Source of the DNA: the human T2T-CHM13v2.0 reference genome, Homo sapiens
Assembly (NCBI RefSeq): GCF_009914755.1
Contig: NC_060925.1
Strand: one strand, 5' to 3'
DNA: 64,000 bases
Shown here piece after piece: positions 1-14,223 of this stretch. Numbering within the stretch: the first letter of the stretch is position 1; each line of letters starts with the position of its first letter. The translations under genes were made by a program, and so were the position numbers. Below the pieces are notes generated by a model that saw only the letters and a list, made by a program, of their open reading frames with translations, searched no databases and was not told the DNA's origin.

Positions 1-820
1 CAATTCTACTCTGAAAAATTCAACTGTACAACTAATATTTTACAACAAAGAGGTTCCATTTTAAAAACCCAAGGACACAGAGGGACAGCCAAGGTGACAA
101 GGCTCAAATTCTGATAGAAAATATAAATCCCCAGATATCCTCTTCCCCTGTCCAAGGGCAAAAGCTGACCAGGCCTAGGGAGGAAAGACTCCTGTACAGT
201 CTGGTACACACCACTCCTTCTGCTCATTCCTCCCAGCAACCACTCTTGTTGGGAGATGAATGCAGTCAAATGTTCTCCAGTGATGCAGAGCATTCTCCCA
301 TTCTTCAGGGCTTCAAAACAAAGCCAAAGAGCTGCCTGCTGTATTTCTGTACTCTTATAACACAGTGAGATCCAAGGACTTCCAACCATCTGTGTGCCAA
401 CCCCCAGCTACTCTAAGACGTAAAAAGTGGAACAAAGGACTTTGTGGCTGCAAAGATGGAGAGAAAATGATGGCTTAAAAGAAAGGCATATCGTTTTCCT
501 TGATAATTATTTTCTTCACTTTGCTTTTCTGTATTTTCCAAACTGTCTATGATAAGCATGTTGCTTTTCTAATTAGAAAAAGCAGGAAATGTTATTTTAA
601 ATGTTTTTTTAAAATCAGCAGAGCACTATCCTGAACGCTTTAACGCAATGGTCTGGGGGTACCTACAACACGCCTTGGGGAGGGCAGGGGATGGGAGGCG
701 GAAAGGGAAAGAATGAATGAAAATCCAGTTTTTAAAAAGAGGAAAAGAAAAACTAGGGGGTTGGGGAAAGATGGGGATTTCCTATGCATTAATGTGCACA
801 CTTAGACTAAAGAAAAAAAT

Positions 821-1129
<309 letters not shown>

Positions 1130-1746
1130 TTAATTTATAGCAGTAGGCACCTGGTTAGTATACTGCACAAGAAAGTACTCAAAATAGAGAATCATTATTT
1201 CTGGGTATGTTCTGAGAAGGAAGATTTCTACTTGGATATATTTTACCCCTGGGCATGTCCAGGTTATAAGGCCCAGGTAGATAATACAGTTCTAAAGACT
1301 CAGGGTTTCTCTACTGTCTCAGTAACTCGCCTCCTGTTTCAGGAGGGCCAGAAGCAGCTGCTGGTCACTGCCAAGCAGACAGGACAGCAGCTCTGTTCCC
1401 CTTTGCAGTCCTCAGTGCTCTGAAGCTCACCCTCCATTCTACTCTCCTTCTGGCCTCCTGGAAGACTAGGGTCTTATAGGTTCTTCCCCATGAGTCTTAC
1501 GAGAGAGCCTTCTAATGATAATTCACTGTTACCTGGGCCTGGGCTCATAGGAAGCACACGCCACAGCGAGGGGAGAAACAGATGCCCATTTCCAACAGAA
1601 ACATCTGTTCCTTCCAGCTCAGGAAAATCTGTTGGCAGAGAATCATGTGGTAAGATTTTTTTGTTAGGAAAAAAGCTAAAATGCACACCACAGAAAAATG
1701 GACCAGTGCTATTAGGATACAACCAGTCCTCTATGCTTTTTTTAAT

Positions 1747-2047
1747 TTTTTTTTTTTTTTTTTTTTTTTGAGATGGAGTCTCGGTCTGTTGCCCAGGCTG
1801 GAGTGCAGTGGTGTGATCTCGGCTTGCTGCAACCCCTGCCTCCTGGGCTCAAGTGATTCTCGTGCCGCACCCTCCCAAGTAGCTGGGACTACAGGCATGT
1901 TCCACCATGCTAGGCTTTGTATTTTTAGTAGAGATGGAGTTTTGCCATGTTGGCCAGGCTGGTCTTGAACTCCTGGCCTCAGGTGATCTGCCCACCTCGG
2001 CCTCCCAAAGTGCTGGGATTACAGGCATGGGCCACCAAACCCAGCCA
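1747..2047 (-). mobile_element. AluSx/Sz, full length
   Basis: poly(T) then GAGATGGAGTCTC...CCCAAAGTGCTGGGATTACAGGC. Confidence 0.95.
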
Positions 2048-2399
2048 TTCTCCATGCATTTTAAAGTAAGGGAACCAAAATCCTGCTTCCTGAAATCTTG
2101 CCCATTGTTACGAAAATCTGAGTGCCACACTTTTGCCCACACAGGTGCAACTCCCACTTAGATACAGCTCCCTGACCAGTCACTGCTCCAGGGCAAAGTC
2201 CAGTGTCACTGAATGAAAACCATGAGTTCTAGAAAGGAAGTTCATTTGAGTTTTTCACTAAGTAAAGGTCCATAACCATCCGTGTCGGTCAAGACCCTCC
2301 CTGCCAGGCCAACATAACCTGGAAACTGGGAAACCCTGAAGAGAAGTTACATTCTTTTAGACTCAAACAACACCACCACCCCAATCCACACCCTGGCCT

Positions 2400-2553
2400 T
2401 TTCAGAAATCTACAGGGGCACTTTTTGTTTGTCAGTGTCTAGGGAAGTGCTACTGGCATTTAGTGCAAAGGGAAAGGAATGTAATGTCCTAAATGTGTGG
2501 AACAGTCCCAAAATGCATCTAAAATGCCAATGGCATCTCTGCTAATAATCACT
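2400..2553 (+). mobile_element. MER20-like hAT-Charlie fragment
   Basis: TTTTTGTTTGTCA...GTGCTACTGGCATTTAGTG...AAAATGCCAAT resembles MER20 consensus. Confidence 0.6.
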
Positions 2554-2589
2554 GTATAGAAATAGTTTGGTTTTATTGGTTTCGTCTGT

Positions 2590-3840
2590 TTTCCTAAATA
2601 GGTATAACAGTCATTCACCTGGGGGAAACATTCTCAATACAAAACAGTAAACAATGACAAGTAAGTTTCCCTCTCATCCCTACCCTTCCCCAAAGGTCTA
2701 TACCTCTGAGGAAACCATTTTCTTATATATCCTTCAAGAAATACTAACTGTGTAAACAAGCATCTGTGTATATGCCCCTTCCCTTTTTAAAACGTGGCAC
2801 GTGTGCCACATTTTTTTCATTTAACAGTGTGTCTTGGAGATTTTTCATATTAGTACATATCAATCTGCCCCTTCTTTCTACCAGCTGCATAGCATTCCAC
2901 TGCATAGCTATGCTTTTGTTTATTCAACCAGTCTCTTTTTTTGGTGGTACCTGCCATTGTTTCCAATTTTTTGCTGCCATAAACAATGCTGTAATGAATG
3001 TAGATGTGGGTGTATCTACAGAATAAAGTGGTAGAAGGAAACCAGTAAGTCAAAGGGTATATACATTTTAAATTATTTCTAATACTGCCCATTCAACAAT
3101 ATAGGAGACTTCTTGCTACTCTGTACTCAGAATGCAATGTATGAGCAAATGTTTTTTATCTAATATGTGAAAAATGACTACATACTGTACTTGCAATTTA
3201 ATTTGTATTCCTCTATTATGAATAAGACCTGGCATCATTCATTTCCTATGTTCATAGGTTTCCATGTTGCAATAAGTCTTTGCGGGTGTTAGTAAGTTAT
3301 TTAGTTAGTCTGTTTTAAACAACAGTTCATGTTCTTTACTCATTTTTTCTTTGGATTACTGATCTTTTTTGACTTTTTGTTGACTGTGTGAACACTTTAT
3401 AAAGGAAATTAGCCCCTTCTCATGTGTTGCAAATATTTTTCCCAGTTCATCTTTTGGTTTTATGATATTATTTTTAACCATGTAGAACTTTTAAAATTTG
3501 TCAATCTTTTCTTACATAGCTCCTGAATTTTCAGTCAGGCTTACATTATATTCCATGGTTTAAAAATATATACCTCTATATTTTCTTTTAATATTTTTAT
3601 GGTTTCATTTTGTACATGTATATTTTAATCAATATAAAATTTACTTCCATATAAGGAGGAAGACAGGGATCCAATTTAATTTTTTCCCAAATGGCTACCC
3701 AGTTGTCTCAAAACCAGTTATTGAAAAATCCATTCCTCTCTCCCATCCCACCAATTTGAAATACCATGGTTTACTCTATGCCAAATGCCTTTGTGTATTC
3801 GGCTGTACTTCTGCATTCTCTACCCTGTTTTTCTAGACTC
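2590..3840 (-). mobile_element. Old L1M (L1ME/MC) fragments
   Basis: TTGTTTCCAATTTTTTGCTGCCATAAACAATGCTG, TGTTGCAAATATTTTTCCCAG, CCAGTTGTCTCAAAACCAGTTATTGAA are typical antisense L1M motifs. Confidence 0.75.
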
Positions 3841-4039
3841 TATTTTTAATTTGGAGATGGCAAAAACAAATCTAGGGAGCAACCTTGAAGTGTCATAAAG
3901 AAAAGAAAATGGCCTTTAGAGCCTAGAGGCAGTGTTCATAGAAATTGGAATTAAAAATCATTCTCTCTGATGACTCTAAGTCCAGCTATTCCATGGGACT
4001 TTACCCCAAGCCTCATCTTCTGCTTGTAAATAGTTTATA

Positions 4040-5077
4040 TTTTTAAATGTAAACCTTTTATTAAAATGTAACGTAGATACAGAAAGGAACACAACTCTTA
4101 AGTATCCAGCTTAAAGAATTTTCACAAAGTTAACAAAATCATGCAACCAGCACCCAGATAAAAAATAGAGCATCGCTAGTGCTCTGAAAGCCCCTTTGGC
4201 TTCCCTTCCAGTCATTACCCTTCCATAAGGGTGACCATGATACGGATTACTATCACCATAGATTGGTCCTGCCTCTTTTAAAATTTCATATAAATGGAAT
4301 CATATAGGATGCACTCTTGTTTCATGCCTCTTTCACTCCTTACTATGAGATTCATCCATGTTGTTTTGTAAAATTCATATTCATACTCTCATTATATACG
4401 TAGTATTCCACTGTATGAATACACCACACTTTGTTTATTCATTCTACTTCTGAAGAGCATTTTGGTAGTTATTTGGGTCTTATAATTAACACTGCTAAGA
4501 GCATCTTTGTATGCCTTTAAGTCATCCTACTAGTTTTATCCTTTCTGAATCCTTTTGTTTTAGGTATGTCTCTTCTACAGAGCAATGAATTGGTTTTGCT
4601 TGAAAGTCAATCTGAAAATATTTTCCTTTTATTAGGTGATTTTCAGCTCATTTATATATTTATATTACTGATATATTTAGTCTTAAGCCTGTCATATTAT
4701 TTTATATTATTTTTACTGTTTCTATTATGTTAAATTCACTCTGTGATTTGTTTTCTTTGCCTGTTTTTCTATTTAGGGGAGTCCGCATTTTTGTTCTAGT
4801 GGTTATCTTTACACTAATACTTTTTATAATGTCCTTAGCCCCCTTTTGTTCTTACTCTCCTACTATCTGGTTTGTCAGCTTTCAATAATGAATTCTTTGA
4901 CTCCCAATTATTTATTAACTTTGTGACAGTCTGATTCTATTCTCCCCTTTTTATCTGCCTTCCTCCATTCTGCTCCCATTTTTATTGGCTTTATTTCTAT
5001 TTTTCAGAACATATATCATTTACACACGTTATTCTTCCATCCTTTCCTTACCTTTGCTTTAGTCTTATATCTATCTT
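4040..5077 (-). mobile_element. Old L1M 3'UTR plus ORF2 remnants
   Basis: AATTTTCACAAAGTTAAC...CCAGCACCCAGAT, CATATAAATGGAATCATATAG, GAGATTCATCCATGTTG. Confidence 0.7.
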
Positions 5078-5094
5078 AAAATATATTCCATGTT

Positions 5095-5441
5095 TGAATA
5101 CTATACAGCCATAAAAAAGGATGAGTTCAAGTCCTTTGTAGGGACATGGATGAAACCATCATTCTGAGCAAACTATCGCAAGGAAAAAAAAAACCAAACA
5201 CGGCATGTTCTCATTCATAGGTGGGAACTGAACAATGAGAACACTTGGACACAGGATGGGGAACATCACACACAGGGGCCTGTCATGGGGTGGGGGGAGG
5301 TGGGAGGGATAGTATTAGGAGATATACTTATTGTAAATGAAGAGTTAATGGGTGCAGCACACCAACATGGCACATGTATACATATGTAACAAACCTGCAC
5401 ATTGTGCATATGTACTCTAGAACTTAAAGTATAATTTAAAA

Positions 5442-5459
<18 letters not shown>
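5095..5459 (+). mobile_element. L1PA (about PA4-6) 3' end, 5'-truncated, with poly(A) and TSD
   Basis: AAAAAGGATGAGTTC...GGTGGGAACTGAACAATGAGAACAC...AGAACTTAAAGTATAAT plus A22; TSD AAAATATATTCCATGTT at 5078-5094. Confidence 0.95.

Positions 5460-5493
<34 letters not shown>
5460..5493. repeat. (TA)17 microsatellite
   Basis: Read directly. Confidence 0.98.
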
Positions 5494-5496
<3 letters not shown>

Positions 5497-5502
5497 CATG
5501 TT

Positions 5503-6290
5503 CATCATAAGCCCTTTTGTTAAAATTTTCCCAAATCATATTTGCATGGAAGAACTTGTCACCTTCATTTTAAAGGATATTTTCACACTGTAGAGAATTT
5601 TATTTGTATGTTATTTTCCTTATTTTGAAGATATAAATCCATTTTTTTCTGGATTCCTTTTTTTCTATTGAGAATTCATCCATCACTCTTTTCTATTCAC
5701 TCTGCATAAAACCCATCCACTAAATTCTTACTTTCATTTATTATATTTTTAGTTTTATATTTGTCACTTTATCCAGTTTTGAATTTCCAGTTCTCTGCCA
5801 AAATAATATATCTTGTTTTTATCTTACCCTTAAACATATTTTGAAAAGTTATTTTTAAATCCATACCTGATGACTCCATTATCTGGATACTCTGTGGATC
5901 TGTTTCTATTATTTATTACGTCTCTTAGTTTCAAATTATTTTGTTATGTTACCTCATATGCCTGGCTGTTTTTAACTGCATACTGGACATTTTATATGAA
6001 AAAATATAGAAATTAGAGAAATAATTTAAGACTTCACCAAGAGGATCGTCCTTTGCTTCTGAGATGGAGCTAAGAAAACTGGCCATCCAATCAAGATCCT
6101 TAACCCAGTCAGGGAATGAGAGGGTATGAAGCTGGGCCTCAGTCTCTATGAGGGCTAGTCAATTTTCCGTTCATACTCGATCCTAAAGTTCAGCACCTCA
6201 GAATAGCAACCCAAAGCCAAAGATATTTGCCACGGCCCACTCTCCTTGGCAGGTCCTAAATTTTGAGCCTCTAGCACCATGAATGTTTGA
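5503..6290 (-). mobile_element. Degenerate L1M remnants (continuation of host element)
   Basis: T-rich L1-like motifs CCTTCATTTTAAAGGATATTTTCAC, GAGAATTC. Confidence 0.5.
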
Positions 6291-6294
6291 AAGT

Positions 6295-7000
<706 letters not shown>

Positions 7001-7002
7001 TA

Positions 7003-7320
<318 letters not shown>

Positions 7321-7449
7321 AACATAGAGAATGAAAACAATGGGCCATGCCAGCCAGGTCTGTTTCCTTTCCCATATTTTTTAATAAAAAGAATGCCTTC
7401 TTTGAGTTATGTTTGCCCTATTCATAATAATTTGCCTTCTCTTTTATAA

Positions 7450-7565
7450 CTGGAGACTCTGAAGAGTCACATAACCTCTTTAGGTCTTAGTTTCAGTCAA
7501 ATGAGTGACCTGCACTAGATGATCTCTAAGCACCTTCCAGCTCAAACATTCTTAGATTCTATTAA
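7450..7565 (+). mobile_element. MIR3/MIR fragment
   Basis: CTAGATGATCTCTAAG..CCTTCCAGCTC..ATTCT 3' motif. Confidence 0.65.
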
Positions 7566-9734
7566 CTTGCTTATCTTCTCATTATTTTTAGGAGAAAAGT
7601 AGAAAGAAATAGGAGAGTTTACCTATTTAAGAGGCAAGAACTGAAGTCTAAGGATGTAGAATGTCCAGAGCTTTATCCCCTGAATGGCAGAGGTCTCAAT
7701 TTAAGTTAAATCAATATACCAAAACCTAGGTTTAAAAATTAAGCTGGAGAGAAAAAAACACGTTCACTTTATGAAAAATAATTCTAATCTTCTGGCAGGT
7801 TTTGTTATAATGCTTTTCTAATGCCTTGAAATTATGATTAGATTTACAGTAATTCAATTTGCACACAACTTTCAAAAATATCCACATGCTCTTTTGTTCA
7901 TCTCTAATTACTATTATTTTTCTGAAACAGACCAATACACTATTCTTGGTGATTCCTATCACCAAGAATATCAAGCATTCCTTCTCTCTTGGTATTTCTG
8001 TGACCGTCTTTCTAGGACTTTAGGAGCAATTTTCTAAGTGCCTCTCAAGCCCAAATCTTCAGCTATTAATGAACATTCAAAGAGAACATCTTTAAATCCC
8101 CAACTTGAATTTTTATATTTTTACTTCTTTAGAGGTGGAATGTTGAGAGATTCCATATATTTGGTTAAAACAAATATGAAAAGATTCCTTATTTTTCTCC
8201 ACCCTTCCTTACATTCCTCATGACCAACCATCCTCCCAAAAGGAAGCGGGGTACAATTTGTCTACATTATGCCAAATATTTCAGCTTTTTAGTTTCACCA
8301 TGGAAAAAGCATTAAACTCAGCTGAATTATTCATGAGATCCTAGGTAACATGATCATTGTTTTTGGCCTTTGGCTTCAATACTTTCAGCCTTGCAACTCA
8401 TTTTAGAGTTTCTGAATGGGGTTAACAAGGGACTTTGCTATATACACATCATTAAACTGTTGGCATGTGTCCTGGCACGGAAATTTACACTGTATCAATA
8501 AACCCATATATTTGCAAGGATGTGTGTGTCTTCAATGCTGTTCTTACTTTGATCAATTTTTCCTACTTCCCTGGAGTTTCACCCAGATCAGATTTTTAGA
8601 GTATGTGCCAACATGAGATGACTAAAATATTCGAGACAGAAAGAAAAATCTGAGCCCCAGTTTAGAGATTCTCAATCTTCCTCCAGGGATGATCATAAGA
8701 CTGGCTTGATGGATGAGGGGCAAATGTCACCATGCACATCACTCTGAATTCCCTTCATTGCAGTAGCAAAAGCATGTTTCCCAGTTTGGACATAGAATTA
8801 AACAGCCCATACTCTTCCAGTGCCCAAAGTTTTTGAATGAATTGATTCTTCCTTATAACTGTCATTTAGACATGCCTCCTCTCCTGACCTTCTCCTATTC
8901 TCATTGCTTTGGTTTGCCCCAAAGAAAAGGAAGAAAAGAAAAGCAGATAAAGCTCTCCTTTCCCCATTACAACTCCCAAGTAACACTTTTCTCATTTCTT
9001 CCTATCAAGGCAGAATAGGTGCTGCCCACCCTCGTACCAAGAGATTTCTTACGGTCACACAAAGTAAATCATCATTGCCAACTGGCACTGAACCTAATGT
9101 TCCTCAATGATCAGACCTGAGCTCTATCCCTATGTTTCTTCCAGAAAAGTTATAACCATTCTCAAAGTTTTCACTGGAGAGCATTTAAGATTTAAGGAAA
9201 TATGTCATCATTCTATTTCCTTCCAAAATTATATTATGCAAGATATAAGCATTATGCATCAATTTGCATTCCACTTCTCCCCAGTGTGAGAGTCTGGTTA
9301 ATACAATTAAACTGGATCAGTACCTACTAAGCAACTAGATCTCTGGAAAGTCTGAATGCTGAAGATGGATGCCCTCGGGGAGGGGCTTAACACAGCACAT
9401 AAACAAAGCTCAGATTTCATCTTCCACTAAACCCAGCAGGACACTAATGAGTTTCTAAAGATGCAGAGCAAACTAATATCATTCTCGGTTGTCATTTATT
9501 TTGGAGTACACTAGTTATTTAATTTTGTCACATGCTACCAAGTAATACAACACATTGCTTTCTTGCCTTCAGTGTTATCCCCTTTCCAAGGCATAAGAAA
9601 CTACTCTAGAAGTATCCAGAGTCTTAAGACATATAGGGAAATATTAAAAGTCATTAATATGAGTCCTGGGGGATTCCCATTTCCTTCTCATAGCCTCTTT
9701 GTTCTTTGGAGATTTTTCTATCACATGATCTTGT

Positions 9735-9910
9735 TTATTTTCTTTTATAGCACTTATCTCAATATTTAATTATCTTAGTTTATTTATTATGTCTCCCTCA
9801 TAGATGTAATCTCCATTAGAGAAGAGACTTCTGTGTTGTTCACTGTTATATCCCCAACCTAACAGTGCCCAGCACAAAGTTAAATACTCAATACATATGT
9901 ATTAAATGAC
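9735..9910 (+). mobile_element. L2 3' end
   Basis: TGTTCACTGTTATATCCCCA..AACAGTGCCCAGCACA..ACTCAATA. Confidence 0.75.
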
Positions 9911-9919
9911 TATTAAGGC

Positions 9920-10265
9920 AGTAAGAATGGGCTGGGTTCTGCTGCATGAACAACTAACCCCCAAAATTTCAGTGGCTTAACCTCACAAAAGCTCATTTAT
10001 TTTTTATGCTGTGTGTCCAACAAGGGTCAGGGAGGGGCAATCTTTCCATCATTGTAGTTCAAGAGCTCAGATTGACAGAGGTTCCACCTGCTCACAAACT
10101 TTCACCATCACCAAGGCAAGAAAAGAGAGCACTGAACTGTCCCATACTGGCAACTGCTTCTGCCCAGAATTGCCATGTATGGCCACATTTTGCTGGCCAA
10201 TGCAAGTCAAATGGTACCCCTAACTTGAAAGGGAAGGAAGGAAATAGATGTGAGTAAGCACTGGA
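9920..10265. mobile_element. MLT1K/L-type MaLR LTR
   Basis: CCCCAAAATTTCAGTGGCTTAA...TTCTGCCCAGAA...TGGCCAATGCAAGTCA. Confidence 0.65.
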
Positions 10266-11009
10266 AGCCTGTAAAAAATTAAACAGCGACTCCAGAATCT
10301 TGCTGTTTTAAGGGGTTCATTTGGTCCAGCCCTGTTTCCAGGCAAGGCTGCAATCAGAAGGTAACAGATAACAGCAGATGTACTAAACAAGCAGACAAAC
10401 TAACAATGGACATTAAGTACATCATACCAAGAGGCTTTTCAAAATCAGTAATCAAGTGGCACTATCAGGAGAACCTTTATAGGAAAAAAAAAAAGTCTTA
10501 ATTGCCCAATCAAAAGGAAATACTTGTATTCCTTATGTCATTTACCTTAGGAACAAGGTAAATGATTCAGTTACGCTCTGTATTCATGCTCTTTTACTAA
10601 AACCTTCTTGGGGACTAAACCAACTGTAGGAAAATATCCAACAATTTGACGTCATGTTTTCAGAAGACAAAAAAAAAAAAAAAAACCCACGATAAAACCC
10701 TGTTCACTGAAATCCCATTCATACATTTATTTTTTTACCAAAGTAATACATGCGAACAAAAGCAATCAACTGGTGGCAGCATTTAGGCCCACTAAGACAC
10801 AACCACCCATTACCAAAGAAGGCCTGCACATCATTCTGACTCATGTTTGGAACTTTCTCTAGAGCACATCTCTTGGTATTTCCTGCAGATATACAGCAAG
10901 CAAGATTTCATTCCTGCCAGACAAGCTTTTTTTTTTTTTAATCTCCACCAGTCAGTCTCTTACAGTGAGATAACCTCCAGTCACAACTCTCTCTCCAAAT
11001 GAATTCCCA

Positions 11010-11025
11010 AGTTGCCATGGCAACT
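11010..11025. promoter_or_regulatory. Perfect palindromic RFX X-box AGTTGCCATGGCAACT
   Basis: Exact match to RFX consensus GTTGCCATGGCAAC, extended to 16 bp. Confidence 0.7.
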
Positions 11026-11179
11026 AACACCTTCCTCCAATACTGTCAATATGCTTCCCAACCCTAAAGGCAGCCCTCGATTTACTGCCAGAAGTACCAA
11101 TCTCCTCATGTAAAAGAGAGTGCCTTCCTTTGCTCCAAAACTATCATGAGATTCTTTAGAAGACCCTCTGTTAATAATA

Positions 11180-11390
11180 TTAATAGTATCAGCTACCACC
11201 TATTGAGGGCCAACTTTATTTCTATTATCTCATTTAATCATTTCAAAAAAAAAAAAAAACAAAAACACTGCATGGTAGATATCACTCTCTTTACTTTACA
11301 GATTTAAATAATTATAAATCGGAGGTTATATAACTTGACCAAGAGGCAGAACCAGGATTTGAACACAGAATCTTCTGGCCCAGATTATCT
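11180..11390 (-). mobile_element. MIR
   Basis: ATTATCTCATTTAATC..TTTACAGAT..GGCAGAACCAGGATTTGAAC. Confidence 0.7.
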
Positions 11391-12764
11391 CTGAGGCTTC
11401 CTCCTTTGACACAAGATCTTTTCCAGCTCAGAGGAGTAACTTCATCTGTCTTGTTCTCTCAGCCTAACCTTGCTTCTTTTTCTAAAAGTGCTTTCTACAC
11501 TTCAAGACAATTTAGTTTGCTTTAATAACAACACTGCTCTAAATCCAATGGCACTTAAAGGTGTGTTAATGCTGATTAAACATTAAGAGAGAAAAGACTT
11601 CATTCTCCTGCTCTTCATCTCCAAGGGCTTTGGTGGGGAAGAATGAGATAATGGGTGCTAAGGGTTTTGTACTGAGAATGAAGGTATACAAGATCAATAC
11701 CCAGCAGATATTGAGGTGTCCACAGTGTGACCAAGTGCCAAGGAATGTCCATAAGGGTAGAACTGCAGCCAAGTCTCCTGGATTTGCTTCCTTGGACCCC
11801 TTCCTCGGGCCCCACGCCTACCCGTATGACCACATCCTCACTATTCTCCCCTAAACACAAATCGAGGGACATACAAAGCAAGCACCGTACTTACTTCTTA
11901 GCCAATCCGTCCCCTCCCCCATCCCCAACACACAGGGAGACTTTATGTTAGCCTTGTAAATAAGAAACACCATTCCACAGTTATTTTTCCAGTCTGCCTT
12001 TTTTTTAACTGCTCACCTGGCAGAAACTGTTATTCTCCTGGCCAGCAGCTATTTGTAAAACTGGTCTGCCTCCTTATTTTTATACCAAAGATACTAATTC
12101 TTTAGTAGAAACGGGAGTATTCCAAATAAGACAATTAGCAAGTCACCTAGAATTTCCACCCACTCCACAGAGGCACACAAACAAGAGAATTAACCCAATT
12201 TGTTGTCTATAATAAACAGGACATTCTACCCACCACAGAGCCCCAGAGGTTTGTACGAGATTACTAACTCCTAGTAGTAACGGCTACAATGGCCCAGTTC
12301 CCTATTTTATTACTGTGTGCTGAAATTTTAAAGGCGCTCCTCTCCCACCCCCATCTTCCCTTGCATACTTCTGCACATCAATCCATTAAGAATCTGAAGT
12401 GTAATTTATCTTATTCACTATTATCCTGTTAAATTGCTCTACAGCTGCCATGGCAGTAATTGCAGTGATCAGTGATTCAGACTTCTTAAGCAAAGGGTCT
12501 TAAGTAGGTTTCATTATTAAAATTTCCAAAGGTTTTATTATTGAAATAAACCTGAGATAGAACAGTATGCCTCCATGGGGCAGTCATACTAATGATTCTT
12601 AAGTTATGAAGGGATGTCACATTCATCATCAATGTTGCACTCATGAATACGAGTAATTGGGAATTTATCAACCAACAAAACCAACTGGCATTCTAAGAAT
12701 GAAGAATAATAATCTCATTTTAAGTAGCATATGCAGTGCTGTGCGACCCTTTAAAAAGCTGCCT

Positions 12765-13200
12765 TTGTTCACTGAAGTATTGCTTGTAATAGCAAATACT
12801 GGAAACAACTCAAGTGCACATTTGTAAGGAACTGATTCAATAAAGTAGGAGGCAGCCATCCACACAATGGAATACTATGCAGCTCTGATATACGAATGAG
12901 AAAGCTTTCTCTGTACCAACAAGGAAAGATCCCCAAGACATACTGTTAAGGACAAAATAGTACACAACAGGTTAGATAATGATTTACCTTTCATGTAAAA
13001 GAACGTGGAGGGGTAAGAACATATATTCATATCTCCTTTTACTTACATAAAGAAACACTGCACAGATATATAAGGAACTATTAAGAGTGACACCCACAAT
13101 AAGGAGCAGGGGTTCTACAGGGTGGACCAGACAGGAGTGGAAATAATACTCGTCAACATATGCCTTTCAAAAAAATTTTTTTTCATATTTTAAATTTACC
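12765..13200 (+). mobile_element. L1ME 3' fragment
   Basis: TTGTAATAGCAAATACTGGAAACAAC..CATCCACACAATGGAATACTATGCAGC. Confidence 0.75.
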
Positions 13201-13751
13201 TTTACTACCTATTTATTTGGTTCAAGGCTCCATTTCGTCCACTTTGGGACTAGGTAATCAGGCTTTAAACTACTTACCTCTGCCTGTCAGAAGTCACTAA
13301 CCTCATGACAGGAATAATTTAGGTTAGAGGAGTAGCAAAACTATTACTCAACTGTTTCTTTAGAAAAGGAGAAACTCATAAAACATGGGACCCTAATATT
13401 TGAATATTATATGTAAGACGGGGTTAAAATGTGTTCAAAAAGTGTCTTCTAAAAATGTACAAACAACAGAGGTGTGACAGTATGCTGAAAAAAATATGAG
13501 GGGGGTGGAAGAGCGGGATAGAGAGTGGTCCTCCTTCCCTACTCCCTTTACAATGTTGATTTCATCCTTGGGTTTTCATAATGAACTTCTGTAAAGGGGA
13601 GATTTGCATCCAGTTTTAAGACCATTTTCAGCACAAGTGCTTTTTTATTAAGTATTTCTGTGGTTCCCCTTCCCCAGACAAAAAGGAAAGGGGAAGCTAT
13701 TGTTCAGGACTTCTAATGGGTTTATCTAGCTTTGTGGGTTAAAAGAACCCA

Positions 13752-13823
13752 CAATATTTAATAAATTTAATAATATTTAATAATATTTAATAAATTTATT
13801 AATATTTAACAATGTTTAATAAA
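13752..13823. repeat. AT-rich degenerate tandem repeat (AATATTTAAT)n
   Basis: About 7 imperfect units read directly. Confidence 0.85.
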
Positions 13824-13931
13824 ACTTAGCCACTTACCTAACCCTTGGGTCAGAGAGTTCTTGCTCTAACAAAACACCAAGAACAACTAGACACTTCTAC
13901 CTACCCATAGCCTCAACTAGATAAATGCAAA

Positions 13932-14223
<292 letters not shown>

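Noticed and set aside
13752-13823. Regularly repeated AT-rich units, superficially array-like
   Set aside because: Low-complexity tandem repeat with no spacers; not CRISPR, and the context is eukaryotic
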